Part shown: one piece after another, positions 1 through 10,552 of the stretch
How the letters are laid out: each line of letters opens with the position of its first letter
Numbering within the stretch: the first letter of the stretch is position 1
From: a virus
IMG/VR virus record: IMGVR_UViG_3300042908_000680
Coordinates: 85,499-149,498 of that record
DNA: 64,000 bases
Strand: one strand, 5' to 3'
Made by a program: the position numbers and the translations under genes
The notes under the pieces: model-generated
What the model saw: the letters and a program-made list of their open reading frames with translations, nothing else
Told to the model about the DNA's origin: nothing
Databases searched by the model: none

Positions 1-1
1 T

Positions 2-3000
2 GATAATTATATACAAAAAAAACCACAACAGTATAAAATATATGATATAAAGTTTGAAGATCCTAGTGGTAATTTAATAATTCAATATGAAGATATGTTC
101 ATCCGTGGCGATACTTACTATACTACCTATTTATCTAAACCGTTAGTTAATAATCTATTGCTACCAACTTGGGATAGCAAATATCCATTAATGGATGCTG
201 CCGGTTCTTATAGTATTACTTTAAATATATCATACGATTGTAATACTTATCCATTTACCAGCAATTTTGATCCCGGTTACGAGCAAACATGTATAATTAA
301 TTCAACTAATCTAAGCCCCAATCCGTTCATTAGTTTGAATATGTCCGCTCTTGAGATTGGAAATAGCGGTGGAGTTGGCATCCTTCGTGATAGTTATCTA
401 AACTTTTATTCTAAAGTAAGAGATAAGTCTGAGCGAGAAAAGAGAACACTACTTCCAACTGAGTTATTGACATATAGTTTTAATAATGGAATTTACCCAC
501 AAGCCAGTAGCGTTTGGCGTTCAACTACAAATAATATAAACTATGATAACACTGCATCTTCTGGTGCTTCTCATTTACTAAATAAAATTAGAAATGATTT
601 AACTGGAGACTATATTACTGTAATAAACTCTTCACCAGTTTCAGACAGTGGAAGAATAGTATTAAAGTTCAACACAAAGCCCGATAAAGAAGCATATGAC
701 AATTATATAGATGGGGCATTTGCTTTTGGTGGCAGTAAAGAGTTTAATGATGCCAAACTAGTAAATTACTTAGATAATGATAATTTCTTTGACATAGAGA
801 GCTTAGAACTAAAAGTAATTGCTAAAAAAGCTACTGGCACTCCAGACTATACAATAGATGTTGTTGGATATAGTGATGACAAATTATTGAATGTTACACC
901 AGCAATTGGTGGATTCTTGCAAAATAGCGGGGCTTTAGTTTTTGATACTAATTCAGTGCCAGATATTTCTGGATATAACTATAAGACATTTGGTATTTCT
1001 GATAGTAGCCTTTCAGATCAATCCGAGTACTTCCAGAAAGACGCTTCACCCAACGGTGATCACTATATACTTAATAACGCACCGTTAGTAAATAGTACAT
1101 CATTCCAAGAGTATATTATACCATTAGATATTTATCAAAATCCTTATGATCTTGGATATAAAAAATATTCTATTAGTTCTCTTTTTGAAAATCTATATTT
1201 AGATATTTGCCCTATTCCTAGCGGAGCATCTATTTGTAGTGTTAAACTAGTTGTATATTATAAGCCAGCTAATGCTCTTGCAATGCATACCCTTGGTAGC
1301 CCAGTAGATAAGAGTGCTGTACGAAAAAGTATTACACTTTTACCATCATCCAACGAGAACGGAACGCAGGTAAATACTAACGTAAAACTTAGTGGCATAT
1401 TGACAGGATTGACAACCCCAGAATATATAAAATCTAATTATTCCAGAAGATGGAGAGGTAATGATGGTAGGATTTTATCTGGTGGAGATTTTATGCCAGA
1501 GGCTTTTGATTTTTCTTTCAATCATAAACAAGCAATAAATCCATTCCTAACATCATACATAGATTTTAAGAATGTGGATGGGGATAATATTCTATCATCA
1601 AGCGGTACTGTTGTAGGTCAAGCAGATCAATATTTTAATATTTTATCTAATTTTGGATGGAGATATTCTTCTAATCAGCTTTTTACTCTTACTCCAACTC
1701 CATATAAATCCATATCTTGGAGAAATAATGTATTTGATGCATTTGATAGGGCGGCTAGAATTTCTTCAGATGATAGATTAATTATTAATACATTAAATAA
1801 TGATTCATTTACTAATTATGGAAATATATCTAAAAGTTTTGGTTTTGCTTTATTTATTAGATTTACTCCAGATCAATCATCTGATTCATTAATAAACAAT
1901 AATCTTATTTTTTCATATGAAAATTCTACTACTTGGTCAATGGTGTTCATATGCGAAAATGGCATTCTAAAACTAAAAATTAAAAATGCTGATAACAGTG
2001 TCACTACACTCAGCGACACCAGAAGTATACTGGAGTATCAATTCCCTTTTTCTGTATTAATTACTTATAATGATGATAATACATATAAATTTAAATTATA
2101 CACAGATAACGAATTATTCAGTTTATTTAATAACTTAAGGGCGGTTTCACCCCCACAAACCTCTTTGAAACTATTGAGCAACCCATCTTTATATATTGGT
2201 TATTCATCTACTTACTCGGGACTTTCATCTCTACCAATGTTTTTACATGAAGTGGGGATATCTAATGGTAGATGTAATATAGCAGAATATATTAATGAAA
2301 ATATACTATCAAATCAAACAACAGCATCAAATGTCTTTTCTTCTCATAGAATGCATTTTAATAGCCTATCTTCCAAAAATATAAGATCAAATCAATACAC
2401 TTATGTTGATGATGACATTTCGCTATGGCATCTTGGAGATTTCAAAGTATGTCAATTTTCTCCAGACTTTGATTTTTTTACTCAAAGGCATGGAATAGAT
2501 TTTTTAAGTTTTGACTTAAAACATCATGGTTCTGGATATAGTCAAGCTACTAATTTACCATTACCATCTAATATTAATATTTCTGGTGTAGCATATCACA
2601 CTCAACTAGAAAATGATTTTTTAAGATTCAATCTATCTAATATTCCCACCATTGATAAAGATAGATTTTATGCCGTTGCCCCTAGAATATCTAAAACATT
2701 ACCAAGGGGTTATAAATTTAATCAAGATGCCATTTATGTTGATACTATTGTAGAGCATGAAACAAATGATAGTATGATATGGTCAAACGGAAAGATCGGC
2801 CCCAAGCTAATTGTTAGTTTATACGCTAAGACTCAAGACAGTGCCGACAGACCAAGCAAATCATTTGGTTTAATAAATAGGTCAACTCATTATCTAGAAC
2901 CATCTGGATGTATACGAAAACTTACTAGTAAATTTTCTTTTGAAGATTTATTAGATGACTCAGAACCTTGGGCTTTATTTGATAAAGAATCATACCTCAA

Positions 3001-6000
3001 AGAATTTAAAGAAAAATATTTTTCTCAAGATATAGATGATATGTTCTTGCAATATGATTTAGTATATCCATCTGGAAGACCATTCTCCTCACTAATTAAA
3101 TTGCATAGTTCAAATGTTCGACTAGATGATGCTATATATATTAGCGAAAAATCAAATAGTCAGCTAAATCTAATTACAAGTGGACAAAAATATCAACTTG
3201 CAAATCTAAACTTATTTGCTCCAGAAAATGGTCCAATAATTAATTCTTATGCTAATCTTTTTGTAAGTGGAGTTGGTCCATCTAGACAACAGGTAAGTTT
3301 TTATATTAATAGCAGTGGTTATCCATGCGATAGCCCATATTTAAATATGTATACTTTTACTGTTGGCTCTGCTACTACAGAAGATCAAGTTTTTGGTGGT
3401 ATGTTTGGCTCATCTCCAGTAAAGGGGTTAGGATTATCTGTTAGTGGTCAATTTATGACAGAAACTAGTATGCCCTTATTTACATATGGATCTGGATACT
3501 ATTCTGAATCATATGTTAATTTAAGTACTCTAGTAGAAGATGATATCGTTAAAAATGAATATATAAACTTGGCTATTCGTGGAATATCTAAGTCTCAAGA
3601 TTTTTACCCATATTCTAGTATGCCATTATATGTCTATGGACAAGAATTCTCAACTGAAATAAATAATTACGCCCCGTTATTCGTGTTGAGCGATGATCTT
3701 AGTAGAGTTGTAGATTCTGGATCTCTAAACTTACATACTTTAAATTATCCAATATCTGATTCTCTCGCCAATAGCAGTGCCTCTATTAGATGGACCAATA
3801 ACAATGTTGGTAAAAACATAACAGTTCAAGATAACAGCTATGCTTATGTTGATTCAGATGATAACATTCGCGGCGTTGATTTATTATGTTATGGAACTTG
3901 CTCATCTAATAATAGATGTTCAGAAGCAGTAGTAGATATTCACGGGGTTAAGTGGTATGAACCAGAAGTTTGTGTTGACGGAGGAATATTCCGAGCCAAG
4001 TCTACATATACAAATCTAACATATCCAAGCGGATCATTCAGACACACCATTAGCCAAAATGAAGCAACAAATATACTCACAGAAAATTTATTTGTACTTT
4101 CTACTGAAAATAATGATTTCATGTCTACGGAGTCATCTCTAAATTCAGTTGTTTATGATATTATGCCATATAGTGGTCATTTCTATGGCATTAGAAAATA
4201 TACTGGATTGGCCCCCAATCTTCCATATGCCATTAATATAACTGGCAAGTCGGGATCAACAGATGCTATAGACATACCAACAGAAATTGTTGAAGTAGAA
4301 TATAATAAAAATGAAACTAATCTAACATCAACAGATTATAGTGGATTTAGGTTACTATCTAGTGGCACTAAAACTGCTGGAGATGAGTTTGGAAAATCTA
4401 TTGCGTCTAAAGATAATTTATTAGCGATAGGATCACCAAAAAGATCAATAGTATATAATAGTGGCGTTGGGTCAAATCTAACACTACAAGAGGCTGGGAC
4501 CGTATTCGTATATAGAAGACAAGAAAGACCTAGTGGATATAATTGGCCTTTAGATAATTATAAGTCTCCTTGGATACTGGAAACCGCCCTAACATTACCA
4601 TCTGGTATGCTAAAGGATTACTATACTCAATCAGAACTAGATCTTGGTTTACCATATAACTTAAGACCAATCCAAACAAGCTGGTTTGTTGGTCAAGAAG
4701 GAAGACAATTTGGACACTCGCTAGACATTTCCGTAAATAAAAATGAAAAATCATTAGGTGAGAGTTCTCGTCAAATAATTGTTGTTGGTGGCCCAAGTGC
4801 TAAATGGACTCCTAGAGTATTTGATAATACTCCACCATCCGATGTCAATATTGGATTAATAGTTTTTACTGACGAGTTTACTCCTAGAATTCCAGCACCA
4901 CTTCCTAATCAGCCCTTTAGAACTATAGGGTATGAAGAAGTTCTTGAATCTATAAAAGACAAAGACATAATATTTAATTATTTTGGTAATCCAAGAATCA
5001 AATTTAATGTTAAACTAATGATTTGCCAGCCTATCGCAGATAGTCCAGATATTGTTTCGCCAAGTTTTCCAGATAAACCAGATTTTATGGTTTTAAATTC
5101 TATAGGTAGAAATTCTGGATATAAACCAAATGCTGCAAAAACAGAGGCCATTGTCAGTGGTATTAAAGACGCTTTCTTTGAAGCGTTCCCATATGATAAT
5201 AGTAAAATTCATAACAATATACCACCAATTATCGGTTTATATATAGATAACAGCAGTTCTTTGGGTAGAGAATCTTTAGAGCCAGCTATAGATGAATTTG
5301 TTAAGTTCTATAAAAAATATAGCTTTGACAATGGGCTTATAGATTTTAATAACGTAAGAGAGTCTGGACAAGTAATTGAATATATTCCAGACACTTACGA
5401 TGCTGAAAATTGGGTTCAAATGTCAACGACAATACTTTCCGAAGTTTTAGATACTGGCAATCTAGTATCAAATAATCAAGTTAGATTTTTAACTGGTAGT
5501 GTTGGAACATTTAATACTAATCTTGGTCCTTTTAACATTCCTCCAGAGAGTGGTGGAAAAGCATATATTTTTGAAAAAGAAAGTGGTAATTGGAATCTTA
5601 TACAAGAAATCAAATCGCCCAATATCACCTATTCAAATCCAGACCGCTTTGGACATGCTGTTAGTATAAGCGATGACGGAGAATTGGTAGTAATTGGTTC
5701 TCCATACATAAATCAAGCTGTTACAATGTACGAGAGGAAAGAAGAAGAAAGAGATAGATTTTATTCTTCACTTTATAGTTGGGTAAAAACTAATCGTCCA
5801 GATAAATACTCATCTGAAATATTAACATATGAAAACTCTTATGGTTTTTCTAAAGATCAGCAAGCTTTGTATTTATCTTTAGACAAAACTGACAAATTCA
5901 AATCTAGGGTTGATCTTGGTATACAAGAGTATCAAAATATCTATACTTTTGATTATAGTAATATGCAATCAAATGGAAGTTGGTCATTCATTCCTAACGT

Positions 6001-9000
6001 TGTCGCACCAATCTCACGATTAGGTTATAGTATTGATGTTAACGAGGATGGCAGCGTTGTAGTCGCTAGCGCACCAACAGATAGTTTAAATTTGTATAAT
6101 GATGCTGATGTTTATTATGTAAATGGTAGTAGAGGAGGAAAAACATTCAGAACAGGATATATCGACCCATCTGGTGTTTTAACCGGCACAGTAAAACCAG
6201 CTTGGTCATCTAGTGTTAATGCTGGATCAATCCATGTATTTGAATCACGTAAGTATTATCCACATAATCAAGTAATAGAATATGGGCGGTTTGGAAACTT
6301 ACATGAAATTGATAGCAATGATACTCCAGATTCTGGACATTTCCACTACTTAGCCGATATCTTTGAAGATAAAAACTTTATTAAGACAGAGTTTACTGAT
6401 TCTAAGATTCCAAAAGAAGCCGGTTTGGCATTTATTATAACGCCTGCTGTTGATGCCTTAAGTACTAGTGACGAGGTTTATAACAATATTTATAACTGGT
6501 TAGCACTTGGAGATAGAAACTTAGTATTAGTAGCAAACGATCCAATTTGGGAAGGTAATGGGAAATATAAGAATTCAAATGATATTCTTAATAAATTACT
6601 TGAAAGACTTAATTCTCGCATGAGGGTTGTTCCAGCAAGAAGCAAATATGAATCACTACCAGAAGGATATTCAACATTTAATAATGTTATTCCATCTTTT
6701 ATACCACAAGGTTCTACATCAACCTATGTTCAAAGAACTTCCCTGCGTGGTAGCGGTGTTGCTGATATTAAAGTTTATTATCCCGGTTATTACCAAGTTA
6801 TGCCATGTCAAAAAGTTACAGATTGTAGTCCAGACCCCGTTAAAATACAAATACAATCACGCTGCGAAATGCCCTTAATGCATTACGGTGATTTAAGATC
6901 GCAGTGGAATGCGTTGTGCTGTACAAATGGTGGAACATTAATATATGGTATTAACTGGCCATTTACATTTGGATCATACAAACCCGCGTGTGGTGATACA
7001 GAATTCCCAGACAATCCAATGGCTAATTTTGAGCCAATTCCATTATTAGCAGCAGCAGAAAAAGTAACTTATGATGTAAATTATCCAGCGGTTCCAGCAA
7101 GATATCAAAACTTCCCTATTTACGAAACAGTATATACAAGTACACCATATTATGTATTTGGTAGCCCGGTTAGTCAGGCTACAAATTTTGTATGGGACTC
7201 TGGAAATACTCCATCTAATTTATCTCTAAATGCTAGTAGTAGCATAAGCGAAGGAAGATTCTATAAGCCCGAAGAAGGCTTATTACAAGCAAAGGGTATT
7301 TCTAAAATAAGTATAACACCATATACCACTAAAGAAATTGTATCGGACAAAAATTATTTCTGCGTTGAGCATTCATATGCAAAAACTACATCTAAAATTA
7401 TAGTTCTTGCTGGCGTTGAAACAGAATCTAGAGCCGCATTGTACAGTGGCCAAGGTGATCAAAATGTTAAATTTTATACTAATTTAGTCTCTAAAAATCC
7501 AACAATTAAGGGTTATTCTGATATTGCTCAACTTGGTGGCTGGACAGGACGAACAAGTTTCACTGATGGATATGCTAGTTCATTATTAAAAACTGTGTTT
7601 AGAAATGGAAATGAAGTAGTAGAAGACGTTGATACATCCTTCACATCAATAGATAGAATCTATCTTACCAATGTGTTTAATGTGGCTTGGGTTGCCAATA
7701 TAATTAGTCAGCCATCTCAATCCGAAATTAACGATATTAAAACTTGGCTATCTTATGGTGATAAAAAACTCATTATAACCTGTGGTAATGATATCAATAG
7801 TGTAAAGAATGCACAAGAATTATGTTCTAAGCTTGGAGTATATGTTGAGCCAGTTTTCCTACCATATTTGGATATGTACCCACAAATTAACTCTAGTTTT
7901 GAAATTAATGATATTCATCAAGCCGGTGGGAATTTTAGTAAAAATAAGATCGAATACTTCACTGCTGCAATACCTTTCTATCCACTCAAATTAACATCTA
8001 ATGGAATAGGAATAGCTTATTATTCTCAACCAATTTATGATGAAGTTCCAAAAACAAATACTAATATCTCTTGGGATATGAATGCTGGAGTGACCAAACT
8101 ATCTTTTCCAGTTATTCCTTGTTCTGGATACAAACTATTTATAACAACGTTATCTGAAACCTCAACAGAAATTGCGCCATTAGACATTGACATTGAAAAT
8201 GCCACATATCTCCCTAATTTACCATGCCCCATCGATTATACTTCATCTCAGGTAAATGAGTTAAATGTTGATGGAGAACTAATTTCTTACAAGTTAATTG
8301 GAAGTGGCGTTCCAACAATTAGGTGCGAAGGAACTACAACTAAAACAATTGATTTACAAGCGAGCGACAATGGAGATGATATAAATATTTATGTTTCTTG
8401 TGCTATTCAGAGGTTTGCGCTTAATTCTGAGTTTATTCCAAAAACAACAAAATTGATAGGTATATCTGGAGTATTAATTCCAGTATATCAATCTAATACA
8501 GTGATTGGATCACAAATTCCAACAAATCAATTTGAAACAGTAATGATTTCTGAAGAACAGCCAGCATTTACAGAAACTGTTCAATTGATTAGACCAATAA
8601 GTACAGATAATACTAAGTATTGTTCAGATAAGTGTTTAGCCGAAGGTCTTGGTGGTCAACTCATAGATGATGGTCCGGTCGTAGCAGCACAAGAAATAGA
8701 AATACTATCACCATTTAACGTTGGCGTTGCTAGATCAAGAATTACTGTTATAACAGACTCTAGTATATTGCAGGGTAGATATGTAGCAGATGAAGGTGGA
8801 GTAATACCAGTAGACACTCTTACATTTATCAGAAGCCTATATCCAGAAACAAACTTCCCCTCTACAACATATGGTAGACAATTTAATAAATATAAGAAGT
8901 TGATATCTCCAGAGCGAGGCAGTCCAAGTAAGTATTTTGGTCAAGGATCTTTAAGTGGCCTCAATGTCAATTTTGGAAATGCTGGTACAGTATCATTGTC

Positions 9001-10552
9001 AAATATTAATCAATATGAATCACAATATGATCCTAAATATGTAACTCGTCCAGATATTCCTTGGAAGGACGAAGTGGATGAAAAGAAGATACTTGAAATT
9101 AAAAATCAATTTATCAGCGGATTCTTAGATAGTCAAATATATAGTGCATCTACAGCTAGATTTAGTGGTATTGTAGATGGTGTTATGTATTCTGATGCTA
9201 CAATTGCTGGTGGATTACCGCAGTTATTAAAAGATAAAGGTTATGACTATTTAGATTTAGACAAGTTGCCATCTGGATATCGTGGTGATCTATTTGGATA
9301 CTCAGTATGCATAAGAGGAGAAAAAATTCTAGTTGGATCTCCATTCTCTGCTTTTGGTTCAGAAAGTATTACGCCTTGGTCGAGCGGTCTACAATTACAT
9401 CTTGGATATGACGGTGGTGCTGGTTCAGTTTATATGTTTGAAAAACCAAGTGGAGATGCTTGGACATGCTCTAGAAAATTTAGACCACAATCATTAATGG
9501 GACAACTAAGTGGAGTTAATACATTATCAGATCATTTTGGTCATTCTGTTGCTTTACAAAATGATACTATAGTTATCGGTTCTCCCAACCATGATTATGG
9601 AAATTACTATAGTGTTGTATTTAATAGCGGCTCATTTGCACGAAAGAATTTTAATCCACAGTTCGATATTCCAACTTATACATCTAATGATTTAGGATAT
9701 TCTGGAGTTAGAGCAACATTCAATACTGATGGTATTTATGGTAAGAATGCTGGCGCAATTTATGTTTATGAAAATAAGATTACTGATTGGGAAAACAAGA
9801 AACAGGGATGGAAGCTGATAGAAAAGATTTTACCATCTCCAAAGGTTCCAAGTGGATCTCTGTCAATTTCTGAAAGATTTGGTAGCAACGTATATTTGTC
9901 TAGACCATATAGAAGTGATGCTGACTATACAATACTTGTTGGATGTTATACCGCTTCTGGTGACGGGACACTAAATATCGGTGCAGCATATTCTAAGGAT
10001 ATAATGCTAAGAAAGCAGCGACCATCTCTTGCTAATTCCGGTACTTGGATAGATGCAAAAGTCTTTGGCGATAGATCGTCAGGTGATGATCATATAGTAA
10101 ACTTAAGATTTAGTAATAGTGGTAATAATATTCCATATTATGGTAGCGGTATAGTAGTTTCTAACTCAAATGGTGAAATTTTTATCGAAGTATCTGGACA
10201 AGATCCGGCGACAAAGGGGTTCATATCTCATAGACCATATATTGAGTCTATTATCGGACAGTACCAGTATGGTCAAATTCTAGAAAATGGTATGATATTG
10301 TTCTGCGATGGTCAAAACCCAGCACCAAGCTCACAAATCAACCTATTTATAGATGTTGAAAATTCAGCTTATGTGTATAATACATTAGGATTGTACGGTA
10401 GCGTCATGACAGATGTGGTTTCTACCTCTCCATCTGGACTAAATCTATTTATAGAAAGTCCTTCTGGACTCACATCTTCTTTAAATCTATTTGCACCTAG
10501 CGGGATAGGAAGTCTTAACGACAATCTTAACTTACAAGTAAGAGGGAAATAA
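2..10552 (+). CDS. Giant virion/tail structural protein with seven dispersed FG-GAP (integrin-alpha-like) repeats, a LamG-like region and xLNLFxxG repeats; 5' end lies outside the window
   Basis: The frame is open from position 2 (DNYIQKKPQQ...EDMFIRG), so the track start at 95 is internal. FG-GAP motifs: GDEFGKSIAS..IGSP, GRQFGHSLDIS..GGP, PDRFGHAVSIS..IGSP, SRLGYSIDV..SAP, GDLFGYSVCI..VGSP, SDHFGHSVAL..IGSP, SERFGSNVYLS. The protein is S/N/G/T-rich with beta-type composition. Confidence 0.75.
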   Translation, partial: DNYIQKKPQQYKIYDIKFEDPSGNLIIQYEDMFIRGDTYYTTYLSKPLVNNLLLPTWDSKYPLMDAAGSYSITLNISYDCNTYPFTSNFDPGYEQTCIINSTNLSPNPFISLNMSALEIGNSGGVGILRDSYLNFYSKVRDKSEREKRTLLPTELLTYSFNNGIYPQASSVWRSTTNNINYDNTASSGASHLLNKIRNDLTGDYITVINSSPVSDSGRIVLKFNTKPDKEAYDNYIDGAFAFGGSKEFNDAKLVNYLDNDNFFDIESLELKVIAKKATGTPDYTIDVVGYSDDKLLNVTPAIGGFLQNSGALVFDTNSVPDISGYNYKTFGISDSSLSDQSEYFQKDASPNGDHYILNNAPLVNSTSFQEYIIPLDIYQNPYDLGYKKYSISSLFENLYLDICPIPSGASICSVKLVVYYKPANALAMHTLGSPVDKSAVRKSITLLPSSNENGTQVNTNVKLSGILTGLTTPEYIKSNYSRRWRGNDGRILSGGDFMPEAFDFSFNHKQAINPFLTSYIDFKNVDGDNILSSSGTVVGQADQYFNILSNFGWRYSSNQLFTLTPTPYKSISWRNNVFDAFDRAARISSDDRLIINTLNNDSFTNYGNISKSFGFALFIRFTPDQSSDSLINNNLIFSYENSTTWSMVFICENGILKLKIKNADNSVTTLSDTRSILEYQFPFSVLITYNDDNTYKFKLYTDNELFSLFNNLRAVSPPQTSLKLLSNPSLYIGYSSTYSGLSSLPMFLHEVGISNGRCNIAEYINENILSNQTTASNVFSSHRMHFNSLSSKNIRSNQYTYVDDDISLWHLGDFKVCQFSPDFDFFTQRHGIDFLSFDLKHHGSGYSQATNLPLPSNINISGVAYHTQLENDFLRFNLSNIPTIDKDRFYAVAPRISKTLPRGYKFNQDAIYVDTIVEHETNDSMIWSNGKIGPKLIVSLYAKTQDSADRPSKSFGLINRSTHYLEPSGCIRKLTSKFSFEDLLDDSEPWALFDKESYLKEFKEKYFSQDIDDMFLQYDLVYPSGRPFSSLIKLHSSNVRLDDAIYISEKSNSQLNLITSGQKYQLANLNLFAPENGPIINSYANLFVSGVGPSRQQVSFYINSSGYPCDSPYLNMYTFTVGSATTEDQVFGGMFGSSPVKGLGLSVSGQFMTETSMPLFTYGSGYYSESYVNLSTLVEDDIVKNEYINLAIRGISKSQDFYPYSSMPLYVYGQEFSTEINNYAPLFVLSDDLSRVVDSGSLNLHTLNYPISDSLANSSASIRWTNNNVGKNITVQDNSYAYVDSDDNIRGVDLLCYGTCSSNNRCSEAVVDIHGVKWYEPEVCVDGGIFRAKSTYTNLTYPSGSFRHTISQNEATNILTENLFVLSTENNDFMSTESSLNSVVYDIMPYSGHFYGIRKYTGLAPNLPYAINITGKSGSTDAIDIPTEIVEVEYNKNETNLTSTDYSGFRLLSSGTKTAGDEFGKSIASKDNLLAIGSPKRSIVYNSGVGSNLTLQEAGTVFVYRRQERPSGYNWPLDNYKSPWILETALTLPSGMLKDYYTQSELDLGLPYNLRPIQTSWFVGQEGRQFGHSLDISVNKNEKSLGESSRQIIVVGGPSAKWTPRVFDNTPPSDVNIGLIVFTDEFTPRIPAPLPNQPFRTIGYEEVLESIKDKDIIFNYFGNPRIKFNVKLMICQPIADSPDIVSPSFPDKPDFMVLNSIGRNSGYKPNAAKTEAIVSGIKDAFFEAFPYDNSKIHNNIPPIIGLYIDNSSSLGRESLEPAIDEFVKFYKKYSFDNGLIDFNNVRESGQVIEYIPDTYDAENWVQMSTTILSEVLDTGNLVSNNQVRFLTGSVGTFNTNLGPFNIPPESGGKAYIFEKESGNWNLIQEIKSPNITYSNPDRFGHAVSISDDGELVVIGSPYINQAVTMYERKEEERDRFYSSLYSWVKTNRPDKYSSEILTYENSYGFSKDQQALYLSLDKTDKFKSRVDLGIQEYQNIYTFDYSNMQSNGSWSFIPNVVAPISRLGYSIDVNEDGSVVVASAPTDSLNLYNDADVYYVNGSRGGKTFRTGYIDPSGVLTGTVKPAWSSSVNAGSIHVFESRKYYPHNQVIEYGRFGNLHEIDSNDTPDSGHFHYLADIFEDKNFIKTEFTDSKIPKEAGLAFIITPAVDALSTSDEVYNNIYNWLALGDRNLVLVANDPIWEGNGKYKNSNDILNKLLERLNSRMRVVPARSKYESLPEGYSTFNNVIPSFIPQGSTSTYVQRTSLRGSGVADIKVYYPGYYQVMPCQKVTDCSPDPVKIQIQSRCEMPLMHYGDLRSQWNALCCTNGGTLIYGINWPFTFGSYKPACGDTEFPDNPMANFEPIPLLAAAEKVTYDVNYPAVPARYQNFPIYETVYTSTPYYVFGSPVSQATNFVWDSGNTPSNLSLNASSSISEGRFYKPEEGLLQAKGISKISITPYTTKEIVSDKNYFCVEHSYAKTTSKIIVLAGVETESRAALYSGQGDQNVKFYTNLVSKNPTIKGYSDIAQLGGWTGRTSFTDGYASSLLKTVFRNGNEVVEDVDTSFTSIDRIYLTNVFNVAWVANIISQPSQSEINDIKTWLSYGDKKLIITCGNDINSVKNAQELCSKLGVYVEPVFLPYLDMYPQINSSFEINDIHQAGGNFSKNKIEYFTAAIPFYPLKLTSNGIGIAYYSQPIYDEVPKTNTNISWDMNAGVTKLSFPVIPCSGYKLFITTLSETSTEIAPLDIDIENATYLPNLPCPIDYTSSQVNELNVDGELISYKLIGSGVPTIRCEGTTTKTIDLQASDNGDDINIYVSCAIQRFALNSEFIPKTTKLIGISGVLIPVYQSNTVIGSQIPTNQFETVMISEEQPAFTETVQLIRPISTDNTKYCSDKCLAEGLGGQLIDDGPVVAAQEIEILSPFNVGVARSRITVITDSSILQGRYVADEGGVIPVDTLTFIRSLYPETNFPSTTYGRQFNKYKKLISPERGSPSKYFGQGSLSGLNVNFGNAGTVSLSNINQYESQYDPKYVTRPDIPWKDEVDEKKILEIKNQFISGFLDSQIYSASTARFSGIVDGVMYSDATIAGGLPQLLKDKGYDYLDLDKLPSGYRGDLFGYSVCIRGEKILVGSPFSAFGSESITPWSSGLQLHLGYDGGAGSVYMFEKPSGDAWTCSRKFRPQSLMGQLSGVNTLSDHFGHSVALQNDTIVIGSPNHDYGNYYSVVFNSGSFARKNFNPQFDIPTYTSNDLGYSGVRATFNTDGIYGKNAGAIYVYENKITDWENKKQGWKLIEKILPSPKVPSGSLSISERFGSNVYLSRPYRSDADYTILVGCYTASGDGTLNIGAAYSKDIMLRKQRPSLANSGTWIDAKVFGDRSSGDDHIVNLRFSNSGNNIPYYGSGIVVSNSNGEIFIEVSGQDPATKGFISHRPYIESIIGQYQYGQILENGMILFCDGQNPAPSSQINLFIDVENSAYVYNTLGLYGSVMTDVVSTSPSGLNLFIESPSGLTSSLNLFAPSGIGSLNDNLNLQVRGK
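10373..10384 (+). promoter_or_regulatory. Candidate phage late-promoter motif GTGTATAATACA (copy 1)
   Basis: The identical 12-mer recurs at 20771-20782 in an intergenic gap. This copy is ~170 bp upstream of the 10552 start and contains TATAAT. Confidence 0.3.
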
